This document shows, piece after piece, positions 20,310-29,964 of a DNA stretch of 55,761 nucleotides. The stretch is from an uncultured Elusimicrobia bacterium (GTDB lineage: Bacteria; Elusimicrobiota; Elusimicrobia; CAZMIB01). The notes beneath the pieces are model-generated. The model ran no database searches. It was not told the DNA's origin and saw only the letters and a list, made by a program, of their open reading frames with translations. The DNA is taken from NCBI GenBank assembly GCA_964566245.1, contig CAZMIB010000002.1, positions 1-55,761 of the forward strand. The letters are read 5' to 3'. Position numbers and translations under genes: made by a program. Every line of letters begins with the position of its first letter. Positions within the stretch are counted from its first letter, which is position 1.

Positions 20310-21859
20310 TGGACTATCGTCCGCTGGCCTTCCTCAGCGTCTGGGACAAGACCGGCATCGTTGAGTTCGCGCACGGCCTGCAAGACCTGGGCTACGCGAT
20401 ACTCTCGACCGGGGCCACGGCGCGCACGCTGAAGCAGGCCGAGCTGGAGATCTACGAGCTTCCCCCTCCCGAGGGCCTGCCTCATCTTTTAAGCGAGAAG
20501 GTCCGCATGCTCTCGCCGGACCTGCTGGCCTCGATCGTCGTCGACCGCGACAACCGGCCGCAGATCGACGCGCTGGAGAAGCGCGGCTTCGGCCCGGTCG
20601 ACCTGGTCGCGGTCAACCTCTATCCGCTGGCCGAGGTCGTGCAGGGCTCGGGCCTCTCTCAGGCCGAGGCCCTCGAGTACATCGACCTGGGCTCGAGCGC
20701 GGTGCTGAGGGCGGCCGCGCGCTGCTTCAGCCGCGTGATCGTCGTGCCCGAGCCCGCGGAGTACAACGCGGTCCTCGCGAGCCTGGCCGAGCTCAAGGAC
20801 GTGAGCCCGGAGTACCGCCAGCGCCTCGCCGCGCGCGCGTTCTTCAACTGCGCGTACTACGACTCCACGGTCGCGCAGTACCTGGCCGGGCCGAGCGAGC
20901 GGCTCCCGGAGGAGATGGTCATCGGCCTCAAGAAGGTCGGCGACTTTCCGTACGGGGAGAACCCGCAGCAGAGCGCCTCGCTGTACAGCCTCTCCGGGGC
21001 CCGCGCCTGGGGCCTCGCGGCCGCGACCTTGCTGCACGGCAAGCCGCCGGCCTACAACCACTATATCGACCTGGAGTCCGCCGGCGAGCTGGCCGGGGAG
21101 TTTCAGGAGCCGGCCTGCGCGATCTTCAAGCACGGCCAGCTGTGCGGAGCGGCCGCCGCGGAGCGCCTCGAGGACGCCGCGCGGCGCGCGTTCCAGGCCG
21201 ACCCCCAAAGCTCCCAAGGGGCGGTCGCGGCCTTCAGCCGCGAGGTGGACGAGGAGACCGCCCGCTTTCTCGACGAGGAGTATCTCGAGGGCCTGCTGGC
21301 CCCGGGCTTCAGCCAGGGCGCCTTGGACGTTCTGCGGCTCAAGCGCGACGTGCGGCTGATGACCGTCCCCTCACGGCTGGTCTCGGCCTACGAGTTCGAG
21401 CTGCATTCGATATCGGGTGGGCTGCTCGTCGAGAGCAAGGACCACCAGACTTTGCCGGCCGAGCTTAAATCCGTCGGCCCGCGCCCGCCGAGCGAGACCG
21501 AGCTGGTCGCGCTGCGCTTCGCGTGGAAGGTCGCCAAGCACGCGCGTACCCACGCGATGGTCCTGGCCAGGGGCACTCAGACCGTCGGAGTCGGCTCGGG
21601 CCAGCCGTCGCGCATGGACGCGCTGAAACTCGCGGTCGCGAAGGCCAACGAGCGCCATCCGATCCTCGGGCCCGGCGAGGCGCTGGTGCTGGCCTCCGAC
21701 GGCAACCTGCCGCTGAAGTGCATCCAGGAGGCGGCGCGCGTCGGGGTGAGCGCGATCATCCAGCCGGGCGGCTCCTCCGAGGACAAGTCCGCGGCGCAGG
21801 CCTGCGCCCAGCGCGGCCTGGCGATGGTGTTCACCGGCCTCAGGCATTACCGGCATTGA
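20309..21859 (+). CDS. purH: PurH-like bifunctional AICAR transformylase/IMP cyclohydrolase (divergent)
   Basis: 516 aa. DKTGIVEFAHGL, YGENPQQSA, FKHGQLCG, GSGQPSRMDA, IQPGGSSED, FTGLRHYRH all colinear with PurH. Several N-terminal IMPCH motifs are substituted. Confidence 0.8.
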
Positions 21860-21950
21860 CGCGCCGCCCCCCGCATAAGCTAGCATAGGCGCCGTTCCGT
21901 CCCCGCCCGGTCCCCGTCCCCGACTCCACCGTCCCGAGGTCTAACGGCTT

Positions 21951-22700
21951 ATGACGACGCGCCTGCTTTCGTCCTGGTCGCTCGCCGCCGCGCTCGCCCT
22001 CGCGGGCTGCGCGACGCGCCTGCCCGCGCCCGCGGCGGTCCAACGAAGCTCGCCGCGCGACCCCTGGGCGCGCGTCCTTTCGGGCTACGTCGACGGGAGC
22101 GGCAAGGTGGATTTCCGCGGCCTCGCGCGGCGACGGGAGGATTTGGACGACGCGGTCGCCGCGCTGGCGCAGGCGAGCCCCGAGTCGTCACCGGCGCGGT
22201 TTCGGACACGGGAGAGCCGCCTCGCGTACTACATCAACGCCTATAACTGCCTGGCGCTGTACGCGGTCGTCTCCGGCCGCAGGCCGGGCCGGCGGCTGCG
22301 GTTCTTCCGGCTGACGACGTTCACGGTGGGCGGCGACGAGCTCTCGCTCGCCGGCATCGAAAAGCGGCTTTCCGCGCTCGGCGAGCCGCGGGCCCGCTTC
22401 GCGCTGAGCTGCCTGGCGCGCGGCTGCCCCCGCCTGAGGCGGGAGCCTTACGATCCCTCGGGCCTGGAAAAACAGCTCGACCGCCAGACGCGCGCGTTCC
22501 TTAACGACCCGCGCAACGTCCGCGTCGACACCGACGCCGGGGTCGTGCGCCTATCCCCGCTGCTGCGGCGCTGGCGCGCGGAGCTGACGCGGTCGTCCCC
22601 CGACCTCCGGGCGTTCGTCGACCGCTACCGCGAGGAGCCCCTGCCCGCGGGCCTAGGGCTCGTTTTCGAGCCGTTCGACGGCGCGATCAACGCGCAGTAG
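21951..22700 (+). CDS. DUF547-domain lipoprotein
   Basis: 249 aa. Lipobox LALAGC. AYYINAYN and FALSCLARGCP motifs typical of DUF547. Confidence 0.8.
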   Translation: MTTRLLSSWSLAAALALAGCATRLPAPAAVQRSSPRDPWARVLSGYVDGSGKVDFRGLARRREDLDDAVAALAQASPESSPARFRTRESRLAYYINAYNCLALYAVVSGRRPGRRLRFFRLTTFTVGGDELSLAGIEKRLSALGEPRARFALSCLARGCPRLRREPYDPSGLEKQLDRQTRAFLNDPRNVRVDTDAGVVRLSPLLRRWRAELTRSSPDLRAFVDRYREEPLPAGLGLVFEPFDGAINAQ

Positions 22701-23685
22701 GCCCGCGCCGCTCGTCCGGATCGAAGGCCTCGATGCGCTCCTCGTCCTTGCCGCTCGCGCGCATCCGGGGCGGCGCGGGCCGGGACGCCTCGGCCGGGGG
22801 CGCGATCAGCGGGAGCTTCGCGGTGGCGGACGATATCCGCGTGACGTCCTCGCCGCGGCAACCGTCGTTCGGGCAGACCTTGGAGACCATGCAGCCGTCC
22901 TTGCTCCTTTCGTAGTCCGTCTCGCCGCGCACGAGGATGCCCTCTACCAGGCCGGTCCGCGCGTTGAACACCGCGCTGCCCGAGTTGCCTCCGTAAGTGT
23001 CGAGGTTGGCGACGAAGTAGCCGGACGGCGAGGCGTCGCGGACGTTGGCCCCGCCGGCGACCTTGGTCGGAAGGCCGGACGGATGCCCGATCACGAGCAG
23101 CGGCGCGCCCTTCTCGATGGCGCCCGCGCGGTTGAGGTCCAGCGGCTTATGTCCCGCGACCGGCCGGTCGAGCTTCACCAGCGCCCAGTCGGCTCCCTTC
23201 GCCTCCTGCTCACGGCCCAACAAAGCGGAGCAGCCGTAAACCTCGCCGGCCGGCACGCTGTCCGTCGGGTCGCCTTCCTTTTTAACGTCGAAACCGAAGA
23301 CGAACTTGGTCCGCTTGCAGGAGTCCTCCGAGCCGATGCAGTGCCCCGCGGTCATCAACAGGTCGGGGCCGACCAGGAAACCCGAACAGAACGCCCCGTA
23401 GCGCTGGCTCCAGAAGCGCTCGGTCTTGCACAGGCCGCGCGACTCGCCGAACGCCGCGACATCCAGCGCGGCCCGCCCGGTCGCGGTCGACTCGTGGACC
23501 TTGGACGCGGTGAACAGGGCGACAGTCGAGTCGGCCAGCGCCAGGACCCGCGGATCCTTGACCTGGCACACGTCGAGACGGTCGTCGTCGCCGTAAATAG
23601 TCGTCGGATGGATCTCGGCGAAGGCGAGCGAAGAGACCAACGGCAGCACGAACGCCAGCAGCGCCACTCGTGTCTTCATGGACAC
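22687..23685 (-). CDS. secreted trypsin-like (S1 family, Glu-endopeptidase-like) serine protease
   Basis: 332 aa. Signal peptide. Catalytic His MTAGHC, Asp in DWALVKL, Ser in GGNSGSAV. Confidence 0.88.
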   Translation of the reverse strand: MSMKTRVALLAFVLPLVSSLAFAEIHPTTIYGDDDRLDVCQVKDPRVLALADSTVALFTASKVHESTATGRAALDVAAFGESRGLCKTERFWSQRYGAFCSGFLVGPDLLMTAGHCIGSEDSCKRTKFVFGFDVKKEGDPTDSVPAGEVYGCSALLGREQEAKGADWALVKLDRPVAGHKPLDLNRAGAIEKGAPLLVIGHPSGLPTKVAGGANVRDASPSGYFVANLDTYGGNSGSAVFNARTGLVEGILVRGETDYERSKDGCMVSKVCPNDGCRGEDVTRISSATAKLPLIAPPAEASRPAPPRMRASGKDEERIEAFDPDERRGPTAR

Positions 23686-23737
23686 CCCCCGGTGTGCGAT
23701 GGCGGGATTAGACTTAATTGGAGGCCGCGGCGCAACG

Positions 23738-23750
23738 ATATTGCTAGAAT
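23738..23750 (+). promoter_or_regulatory. extended -10 like box ATATTGCTAGAAT upstream of the NCS2 permease
   Basis: TGcTAGAAT 18 nt before ATG 23769. The same 13-mer with one mismatch occurs at 42671..42683. Confidence 0.35.
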
Positions 23751-23768
23751 GCGCGCCTTCTGAATCGC

Positions 23769-25055
23769 ATGCGCGGGACCGACTGGCGGACCGAGATCGC
23801 GGCGGGCGTCACGACCTTCTTCACGATGGCCTACATCGTGGTCGTCAATCCGTCGATCCTCTCGACGCCGGGCACCGGCATCTCGTTCTCGGGAGCGCTG
23901 ACGGCCACCGTCCTGGTCTGCGTCGCGCTGACCCTCGCGATGGGACTCTACGCGGACCTGCCGTTCGCGGTCGCTCCCGGGATGGGGATCAACGCCTACT
24001 TCACGTTCAACCTGATCCTGGGCCGCAAGATCCCGTGGCCGGCCGCGCTGGGCATGATTTTTTGGTCGGGACTTTTGTTCGTGCTGGTCTCCGCGACGCC
24101 GCTACGGGAGCGGGTCGCCCAAGCCGTTCCCCCGGGTCTCAGGACCGCCGCGGCCGCGGGCATCGGCATCTTCCTGACCTTCATCGGTCTCAAAAACGCG
24201 GGCTTCGTCGCGGGAGACCCCGTGACCTTGGTGACGGCGGGCCGGCTCGGCATGGAGTCGTCGCTGGCGCTGGCGGGATTGGGGCTGACGGTCGCGTTGC
24301 TCCGCCGCAAAAGCCCCTTCGCCTTCCTAGGCGGGATATTCGCGGTCACCGCCGCGGCCTGGGGATGGGGACTCGTGAAGGCCCCGCCGAGCCTTTTCAG
24401 CCGCCCCGACTTCTCAAGCGTCTTCCTCAAGCTCGACGTCCTCGGGGCGCTCAAGCTTTCCTTCCTGCCCGCGATCGCCGGGATATTCTTCACCGACCTC
24501 TTCGACTCGATCTCCACCTTCATCGGCGTCGCGGAGGCGACCGGGATGCTGGATGAGAGGGGCGAGCCGCGCAACCTCAGGCAAGGGCTGATCGTGGACG
24601 CCTTCGCGACCTTGGGGGCCGGCCTGGCGGGGACCTCCTCGGGCACGGCCTATATCGAGAGCGCGGCCGGCATCGAGGTCGGCGGCCGCACCGGGCGGAC
24701 CGCGGTCGTGACCGCGCTGTGCTTCTTGCCGTGCTTTTTCCTGGCGCCCTTGGCCGGCATGGTGCCGCCCTGCGCGACCGCCCCGGTGCTGATCATCGTC
24801 GGGGCGCTGATGTTCCGAAGCGTGACGCGGCTCGAGCTTGAGCATCTGGAGGATGCCCTTCCGGCCTTCCTGACGGTCGTGCTGATTCCGCTGACCTTCT
24901 CGATCACGCAGGGCATTCTATGGGGCTTCGTCGCGCACGCGGCGCTCTATGCCCTGGCCGGCCGCCGCCGCGAGCTCTCCCCCGCGATGCTCGCTTTGGC
25001 CGCCGTCTCGGTCGCCTTGCTCGCGCTGGAACACTCCAGCCTCGGCGCCGCCTGA
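23769..25055 (+). CDS. NCS2-family purine (adenine/guanine/hypoxanthine, AzgA-like) permease
   Basis: 428 aa. EI.AG.TTFFTMAYI..VNP.IL; multiple TM segments; typical AzgA/PbuG N-terminus. Confidence 0.92.
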   Translation: MRGTDWRTEIAAGVTTFFTMAYIVVVNPSILSTPGTGISFSGALTATVLVCVALTLAMGLYADLPFAVAPGMGINAYFTFNLILGRKIPWPAALGMIFWSGLLFVLVSATPLRERVAQAVPPGLRTAAAAGIGIFLTFIGLKNAGFVAGDPVTLVTAGRLGMESSLALAGLGLTVALLRRKSPFAFLGGIFAVTAAAWGWGLVKAPPSLFSRPDFSSVFLKLDVLGALKLSFLPAIAGIFFTDLFDSISTFIGVAEATGMLDERGEPRNLRQGLIVDAFATLGAGLAGTSSGTAYIESAAGIEVGGRTGRTAVVTALCFLPCFFLAPLAGMVPPCATAPVLIIVGALMFRSVTRLELEHLEDALPAFLTVVLIPLTFSITQGILWGFVAHAALYALAGRRRELSPAMLALAAVSVALLALEHSSLGAA

Positions 25056-25068
25056 CCGTCTCCTTACG

Positions 25069-25305
25069 CTACAACGACGGATGCCGCGCCGCGTAGGCGT
25101 CGATCAGCCTCCTGATCATCGCCTGGTACGGAGCATGGTACTTTTGCGCGGCCTTCTTGAAGAACTCGACGCTGGACTTGCTCAGCGTCATGGTCACCTT
25201 GACTCCCTCCTCCTTAGCCGCAAGCTCCTCGGGAGGCGGAAGAAAATCGTTGACGACGCGCAGCCTGCCCAACGATTCATCCGTGTATCTTATTTTCTTT
25301 TTCAT
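25069..25305 (-). CDS. BrnA/CopG-type ribbon-helix-helix antitoxin (apparently orphan)
   Basis: 78 aa. DFLPPPEEL...VKVTMTLSKSSVEFFKKAAQKYHAPYQAMIRRLIDAY matches the BrnA-like RHH pattern (..I.l....l..lk..A...g.pYQ.li...l). Confidence 0.75.
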   Translation of the reverse strand: MKKKIRYTDESLGRLRVVNDFLPPPEELAAKEEGVKVTMTLSKSSVEFFKKAAQKYHAPYQAMIRRLIDAYAARHPSL

Positions 25306-25475
25306 AAAGCGATAACGCGCTTCGAATCATAAAACGCCCTCCGAGCAAACGCGTCGGACACTCTCCCGGGCATCCCCATCCCGCCTCGGGCCCAATCCGG
25401 GTAGGTCGAATAGCGGCGCGACGGATAGGTCCATCGTCCTACGGAGTTCCGCCGGTGATTTCCTAAGATTCCGAC

Positions 25476-26384
25476 ATGCCCCAACGAACGATTTTCGTCA
25501 TTGCGGCGCTGCTTGCCGCCGCCGACGGCGCCGGCGCGGTCGTCTCAGAGAGTCTCCTCAGGGAGCCCTCCATCCAAACTCCGTTGACCGCGGTCTTTGG
25601 CGTTCCATCGCTGCTTGGCGCCTCGGCGCCCCCCCAGACCTACGGTCTATTGACCCCGGCGATCCCGACTCTTGGGACAACCGGGAACATCCTCTCGAAC
25701 CAAGCCGTGCTCCAGCCCGCCTCAGCCATTAGCCGGCTTCGCGATCAAGAGAGCCGGCTGCAGGGGGCCATCGCGGCGAACGATCTTGATCAGGCCGGGA
25801 GCCGGTTGAAATTCATCTTCGGCGAGGAAGACCGTCCAGCCTCGATGACGTCCGGTCCGGGCGAGGGAAAGGGATCGGCCGGCGGAGGGAACGGCGACGG
25901 AAGCCCAAGCAATGCCGCGATGCCTACGCAGCCCGGCTTCGTCGAACCGACGATGCACCTCGGCGCCGCGCAGGCGTCGGCGCCCGCCGACGCCCAGTTG
26001 ATAACCGCCATGGCTTCACGCGAGTTGTCGAGCCAGTCCATCGCTTGGCGGTATGATTTCTACTCCAGCGCCTCGAACGAGTTCATCAGCGTGTCGGCGA
26101 CGGCGGACGGCCAAGTTAAAGTCGGCGGCAGACATTCCGCCCGTGATATGATCGTCGCCTCGCCGATCGACTTGGACAAGCTGCTCCCTTTGTCGGCGGC
26201 GCTCGATCGGGCTCGCGCCATGGGGTTCGATGTCGCCTGGGTGGCTATCGACCGCCATAGAGCGCGCGGCCGCGTCCTTTATCGATTGACCAGCCCCGAA
26301 CGGCATGAGCTTCAGATCGACGCCGAGACGGGAGAGATCGTCAAGCACAGGGCCTACACCCCGACGCCTCCCCAGTACTTCTGA
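25476..26384 (+). CDS. secreted PepSY-like domain protein, tandem paralog 1
   Basis: 302 aa. Signal peptide. Gly-rich linker. C-terminal LSAALDRARAMGFDVAWVAIDRH..GRVLYRLT....HELQIDAETGEIV (PepSY-like). Confidence 0.65.
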   Translation: MPQRTIFVIAALLAAADGAGAVVSESLLREPSIQTPLTAVFGVPSLLGASAPPQTYGLLTPAIPTLGTTGNILSNQAVLQPASAISRLRDQESRLQGAIAANDLDQAGSRLKFIFGEEDRPASMTSGPGEGKGSAGGGNGDGSPSNAAMPTQPGFVEPTMHLGAAQASAPADAQLITAMASRELSSQSIAWRYDFYSSASNEFISVSATADGQVKVGGRHSARDMIVASPIDLDKLLPLSAALDRARAMGFDVAWVAIDRHRARGRVLYRLTSPERHELQIDAETGEIVKHRAYTPTPPQYF

Positions 26385-27202
26385 TGCCGATGTTTGCCGC
26401 CGCGCGGCTGCTCTTGCTCGCGGTCGGATTCGTTCGCGCGGCCTCCTTGAACTCCGCAACGCAGGTTCATCCTCCCGAAACCGCGCCGGATATCCGCGTC
26501 GGGATTTCGTGGATTTTCCGCCCCGGGATGGCGGCCCCGGCGCCGGCCATCGGAGCGGCGGCCACCCCGTTCATCGCGGCGCTGGCGGACGGCGAGTCGC
26601 GCCTGCATACCGCGGTCTCGGCGGGAGCTTGGAGCGAGGCCGAGACGGGTCTGAAGCGCTTCTTCGGCGAGGGTGAACGCGGCCACCCCATCGATGCGAG
26701 CAACGGAAACAGCGGCGCCTCGACCGGAGGAGACGGCGGCGCGAACCATGGCGGCGGCGAAACCCTCCATGTCACGCATGGATTCTCCGAGCCGTCCGGG
26801 TATCTCGACGCGGCGCGGGCCGTCGCGGGGCCGGGGGCGGGCTTGCTGTCGGCCTTGGCCTCGCGCGAGCTCATGGGCGAGGGCGTCGCCTGGAGCTTCG
26901 AGTTCGAGGCGGCCGGGGCCGCGGAGCACGTCGGGGTGAGAGTGGGCCTGGATGGGCATGCAAGGGAGCCTCGGCGAAGGCCCGCCCGGAAACGTTCCCG
27001 GTTTCCATCGATCGACCCGGGCCGGCTACTGCCGCTCTCCGAGGCGCTCGACCGGGCGCGCGAGCGGGGTCTCGTGCCCGACGCGGTGATCATCGATCGC
27101 GAGCCGCTCGACGGGCGCGTCGTGTACCGGCTTGCGGTTGCCGGCGGGCGGCGGCTGGAGCTCGACGCCGAGACGGGCGAGGTCCTGGAGGATTTTCCGT
27201 GA
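26384..27202 (+). CDS. secreted PepSY-like domain protein, tandem paralog 2
   Basis: 272 aa. Start overlaps the stop of paralog 1 (TGATG). Colinear with paralog 1 (GESRLH..., ASRELMGEGVAWSFEF, LSEALDRARERGL..., LELDAETGEVL). Confidence 0.65.
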   Translation: MPMFAAARLLLLAVGFVRAASLNSATQVHPPETAPDIRVGISWIFRPGMAAPAPAIGAAATPFIAALADGESRLHTAVSAGAWSEAETGLKRFFGEGERGHPIDASNGNSGASTGGDGGANHGGGETLHVTHGFSEPSGYLDAARAVAGPGAGLLSALASRELMGEGVAWSFEFEAAGAAEHVGVRVGLDGHAREPRRRPARKRSRFPSIDPGRLLPLSEALDRARERGLVPDAVIIDREPLDGRVVYRLAVAGGRRLELDAETGEVLEDFP

Positions 27203-27723
27203 ACAGATTCCTATTCGCCGCGGCGCTGGGGCTGGCGGGCGCCGCGGCGGCCCGGGCGGCGGACGTCGCTCCGGTTCTCGTGCCGGGGACGTTCATCGAG
27301 CCGACGGTGCATCTGGAGACCGCGCGGCTCCAGACTCCTCCTGGCGCCCGACTCATCGCCGCCACGGCCGACCTTCGCGATCCGAGGCAGGCTTGGGTTT
27401 ACTCCTTCCATTGCCGCCAAACCAACGAGGTGATCGACGTGCGCGCCGACGCCGCGGGGCGAACCGCCGTCCTGGGACGCATGCGCACCTGGGACACCTT
27501 CGTGCCGATACCGATCAATCTGAAGCACGACGTCATCTCGCTGGCGAAAGCGCGCGAGGTCCTTCAACGCCTGGGAGCGGAGTACACGGGGGTTTTCATC
27601 ACGCGCAGCTTCTCGCAACGGCGCGCGATATTCCGCTTCGACGGCGCCGCGGATTACTCGGTGATCGTGGACGGGGAGACGGGCGAGCTCGCGGCAGCCA
27701 AGGCCCCGCGAGCGAAAGAGTAG
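27199..27723 (+). CDS. secreted PepSY-like domain protein, tandem paralog 3 (short form)
   Basis: 174 aa. GTGA overlap with paralog 2. Signal peptide. Shares only the C-terminal module (FIEPTVHLETA..., WVYSF..., ISLAKAREVLQRLG..., VIVDGETGEL). Confidence 0.65.
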   Translation: MNRFLFAAALGLAGAAAARAADVAPVLVPGTFIEPTVHLETARLQTPPGARLIAATADLRDPRQAWVYSFHCRQTNEVIDVRADAAGRTAVLGRMRTWDTFVPIPINLKHDVISLAKAREVLQRLGAEYTGVFITRSFSQRRAIFRFDGAADYSVIVDGETGELAAAKAPRAKE

Positions 27724-28911
27724 CTAGATAAGGCCGAGGGCGCGGCCCACCTTCCGGAACTTCTCCAGGGCCAGCTTCAGGTCGGCCTCGGTGTGGCCGG
27801 CGCTGACGATCGTGCGCAGGCGCTCCCGGCCCCGCGCGACGGTCGGGAAGCCGATCGCGAGCGCGAAGACGCCTTCCTCGAACAGCCCGGCGCTCAGCTT
27901 CTTGGCTTTCTCCGTATCGCCGACGATGACCGGGGTGATCGGGGTCTCGCTGGCGCCGATGTCGTAGCCCATCTCCTTCAGCCCGGCCTTGAAGAAGCGC
28001 GCGTTGGACCACAGGCGCTCGATCCGCTCGGGCTCCCCCTCCAGGACGTCGAGCACCGCCAGGCAGGTCGCCGTGACCGAGGGCGGGTGCGAGCTCGAGA
28101 ACAGGAACGGCCGGGCGGTCGAGATCAGGTACTCGCGCAGCGAGCGCGTCGAGGCGACGTAGCCGCCGATCGCGGCGAAGGCCTTCGACAGCGTGCCGAT
28201 CTGGATCGCGACGCGCTTCGAGAGGCCGAAATGATCCGGCGTGCCGCGGCCGTTCTTGCCGAGGACGCCCGAGGCGTGCGCGTCGTCGACCATCACGAAG
28301 GCGTCGTGGCTCTCCGCCAGCTCGACGATCTCGGGCAGAGGGGCGATATCCCCGTCCATCGAGAACACCCCGTCGGTCACGATCATGCGCCGGCGCGCCT
28401 TGCGGGCCTCGGGCGACTCGAGGATCGCGCGAAGGGCCTTCATGTCCTTGTGCGGGTAGATCTTGCGCGGCGACTTCGCGAGGCGCGCGCCGTCGATGAT
28501 CGAGGCGTGGTTCAGCTCGTCCGAGATCAGCAGGTCGCTTTCGCTCGACATCATCGACTGGCACAGCGCGACGTTGGTCGAGAAGCCCGACTGGAACACC
28601 AAAGCGGCCTCGGTGCCCTTGAAGCGCGCCAGGCGCTCCTCGAGGGCTTGGTGAATGTCCATCGTGCCGATGATCGTGCGCACCGCCGCGGTCCCGACCC
28701 CGTGGCGGTCGATCGCCGCCTTCGCGGCCGCGACGATCTTCGGGTGCGTCGTCAAGGCGAGGTAGTTGTTCGAGGTCAGGTTGACGACCTTGCGGCCGTC
28801 GACGATCGAGACCGGCTCCTGGGCGCCCTCGAGGACGCGCAGGCTGACGTAGCGGCCCTCCTTCTTGAGCGCCTCGACCTCCGCGTCCAAAAAGGCGAGC
28901 TGGCGCTGCAT
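27724..28911 (-). CDS. kbl: glycine C-acetyltransferase (2-amino-3-ketobutyrate CoA ligase)
   Basis: ATG 28911 within run-through ORF 27724..29847 (a GTG at 28926 overlapping the tdh stop is also possible). NNYLAL, DELNHASIIDG, DDAHA.G, PLP lysine in TLSKAF. Confidence 0.93.
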   Translation of the reverse strand: MQRQLAFLDAEVEALKKEGRYVSLRVLEGAQEPVSIVDGRKVVNLTSNNYLALTTHPKIVAAAKAAIDRHGVGTAAVRTIIGTMDIHQALEERLARFKGTEAALVFQSGFSTNVALCQSMMSSESDLLISDELNHASIIDGARLAKSPRKIYPHKDMKALRAILESPEARKARRRMIVTDGVFSMDGDIAPLPEIVELAESHDAFVMVDDAHASGVLGKNGRGTPDHFGLSKRVAIQIGTLSKAFAAIGGYVASTRSLREYLISTARPFLFSSSHPPSVTATCLAVLDVLEGEPERIERLWSNARFFKAGLKEMGYDIGASETPITPVIVGDTEKAKKLSAGLFEEGVFALAIGFPTVARGRERLRTIVSAGHTEADLKLALEKFRKVGRALGLI

Positions 28912-28922
28912 CACGTTTTGGG

Positions 28923-29957
28923 TCACGGCATCTCCATGACGACCTTGCCGCAGTTCTTCTCGGGGGCGCTCATGACCGCGAAGGCCTTCTTGTAATCCTT
29001 TAAAGGAAAGGTGTGCGTGAGCACCGGGCGTATGTCCAGCGCCCCGGAGCGCAGCAGCCGCTCCATCGTGTACCAGGTCTGGAACACCTCGCGCCCGCAG
29101 ATGCCGAAGATGCGGATGCCCTTGAAGATGAGGTCCGCCTCCCAGTCGAGCGTGATCTTGCGCGGCGGGATGCCGAAGGCGGTGATGCGTCCGCCGTTGC
29201 GGACCGCCTTCAGCGCCAGCTCGATCGCGGGCGGGGCGCCCGACATCTCCAGCACGACGTCGACGCCGCCGCGGCCCAGCGCGCGCAGGCGGTTCAAAAG
29301 CTCGGGGTCGGAGGGGTCGAGGACGATCTCGGCGCCCATCTTCTTCGCGAGCTTCTGCCGGTAGGGGCTGGACTCGACCGCGATGACCGGCTTGGCGCCC
29401 GAGACGACCGCCACCTGGATCGCGAACAAGCCCTGCGGGCCGCAGCCCATCACGAGCACCGAGCGGCCCACCACCTCCTCGATCAAGGTCGCGTAGACCG
29501 CGTTGCCGAGGGGCTCGAACAGGGAGCCGACGTCCTGAAGCGCCTTGTCCGCGTGCTTCCAGGCGCAGCGGGCCGGCACGCGCGCGTACTGCGCGAAGCC
29601 GCCGGGGGCGTCGACGCCGATGATCTTGAGCTGCTGGCAGACGTGGCGCTGGCCGTTCTGGCACTGATAGCACAGGCCGCAGAAGATGTGCGACTCGACC
29701 GAGATGAAGTCGCCCTTCGCGAAGCCGCGCGTCGCCGGCCCGGCCTCGACGACCTCGCCGCAGAACTCGTGGCCGAAGATCATCGGGGTCTTGATGCGCT
29801 CCGGAGCCCACGAGGTCCAGTTGTAGATCGGCAGGTCGGAGCCGCATATCGAGGCGCGCTTCACGCGCACCAGCAGCTCGTCGCGCTGAAGCTTGGGGGT
29901 GTCCGCCTCGCGCAGCGCGGCGCCCGCCTCGGGGTGCTCCTTGACGAGAGCTTTCAT
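28923..29957 (-). CDS. tdh: L-threonine 3-dehydrogenase
   Basis: ATG 29957 (MKALVKEHPEAG...). Zn-ADH motifs ICGSDL, GHEFCGEV, CGLCYQCQNGQRHVC. Rossmann GCGPQG. Followed by kbl as in the classical operon. Confidence 0.93.
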   Translation of the reverse strand: MKALVKEHPEAGAALREADTPKLQRDELLVRVKRASICGSDLPIYNWTSWAPERIKTPMIFGHEFCGEVVEAGPATRGFAKGDFISVESHIFCGLCYQCQNGQRHVCQQLKIIGVDAPGGFAQYARVPARCAWKHADKALQDVGSLFEPLGNAVYATLIEEVVGRSVLVMGCGPQGLFAIQVAVVSGAKPVIAVESSPYRQKLAKKMGAEIVLDPSDPELLNRLRALGRGGVDVVLEMSGAPPAIELALKAVRNGGRITAFGIPPRKITLDWEADLIFKGIRIFGICGREVFQTWYTMERLLRSGALDIRPVLTHTFPLKDYKKAFAVMSAPEKNCGKVVMEMP

Positions 29958-29964
29958 CGGGAAA

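Noticed and set aside
23686-23768. Purine riboswitch upstream of the NCS2 purine permease
   Set aside because: The spacer is about 80 nt, with the putative -10 only 18 nt from the ATG. There is no room for, and no motif of, a purine aptamer.
25302-25484. 60-aa ORF upstream of the BrnA-like antitoxin as the cognate BrnT toxin
   Set aside because: No BrnT or RelE-like motif appears in any frame. GC3 is weak compared with neighbouring genes. The region is more likely the divergent promoter. It is kept only as a note in the findings.
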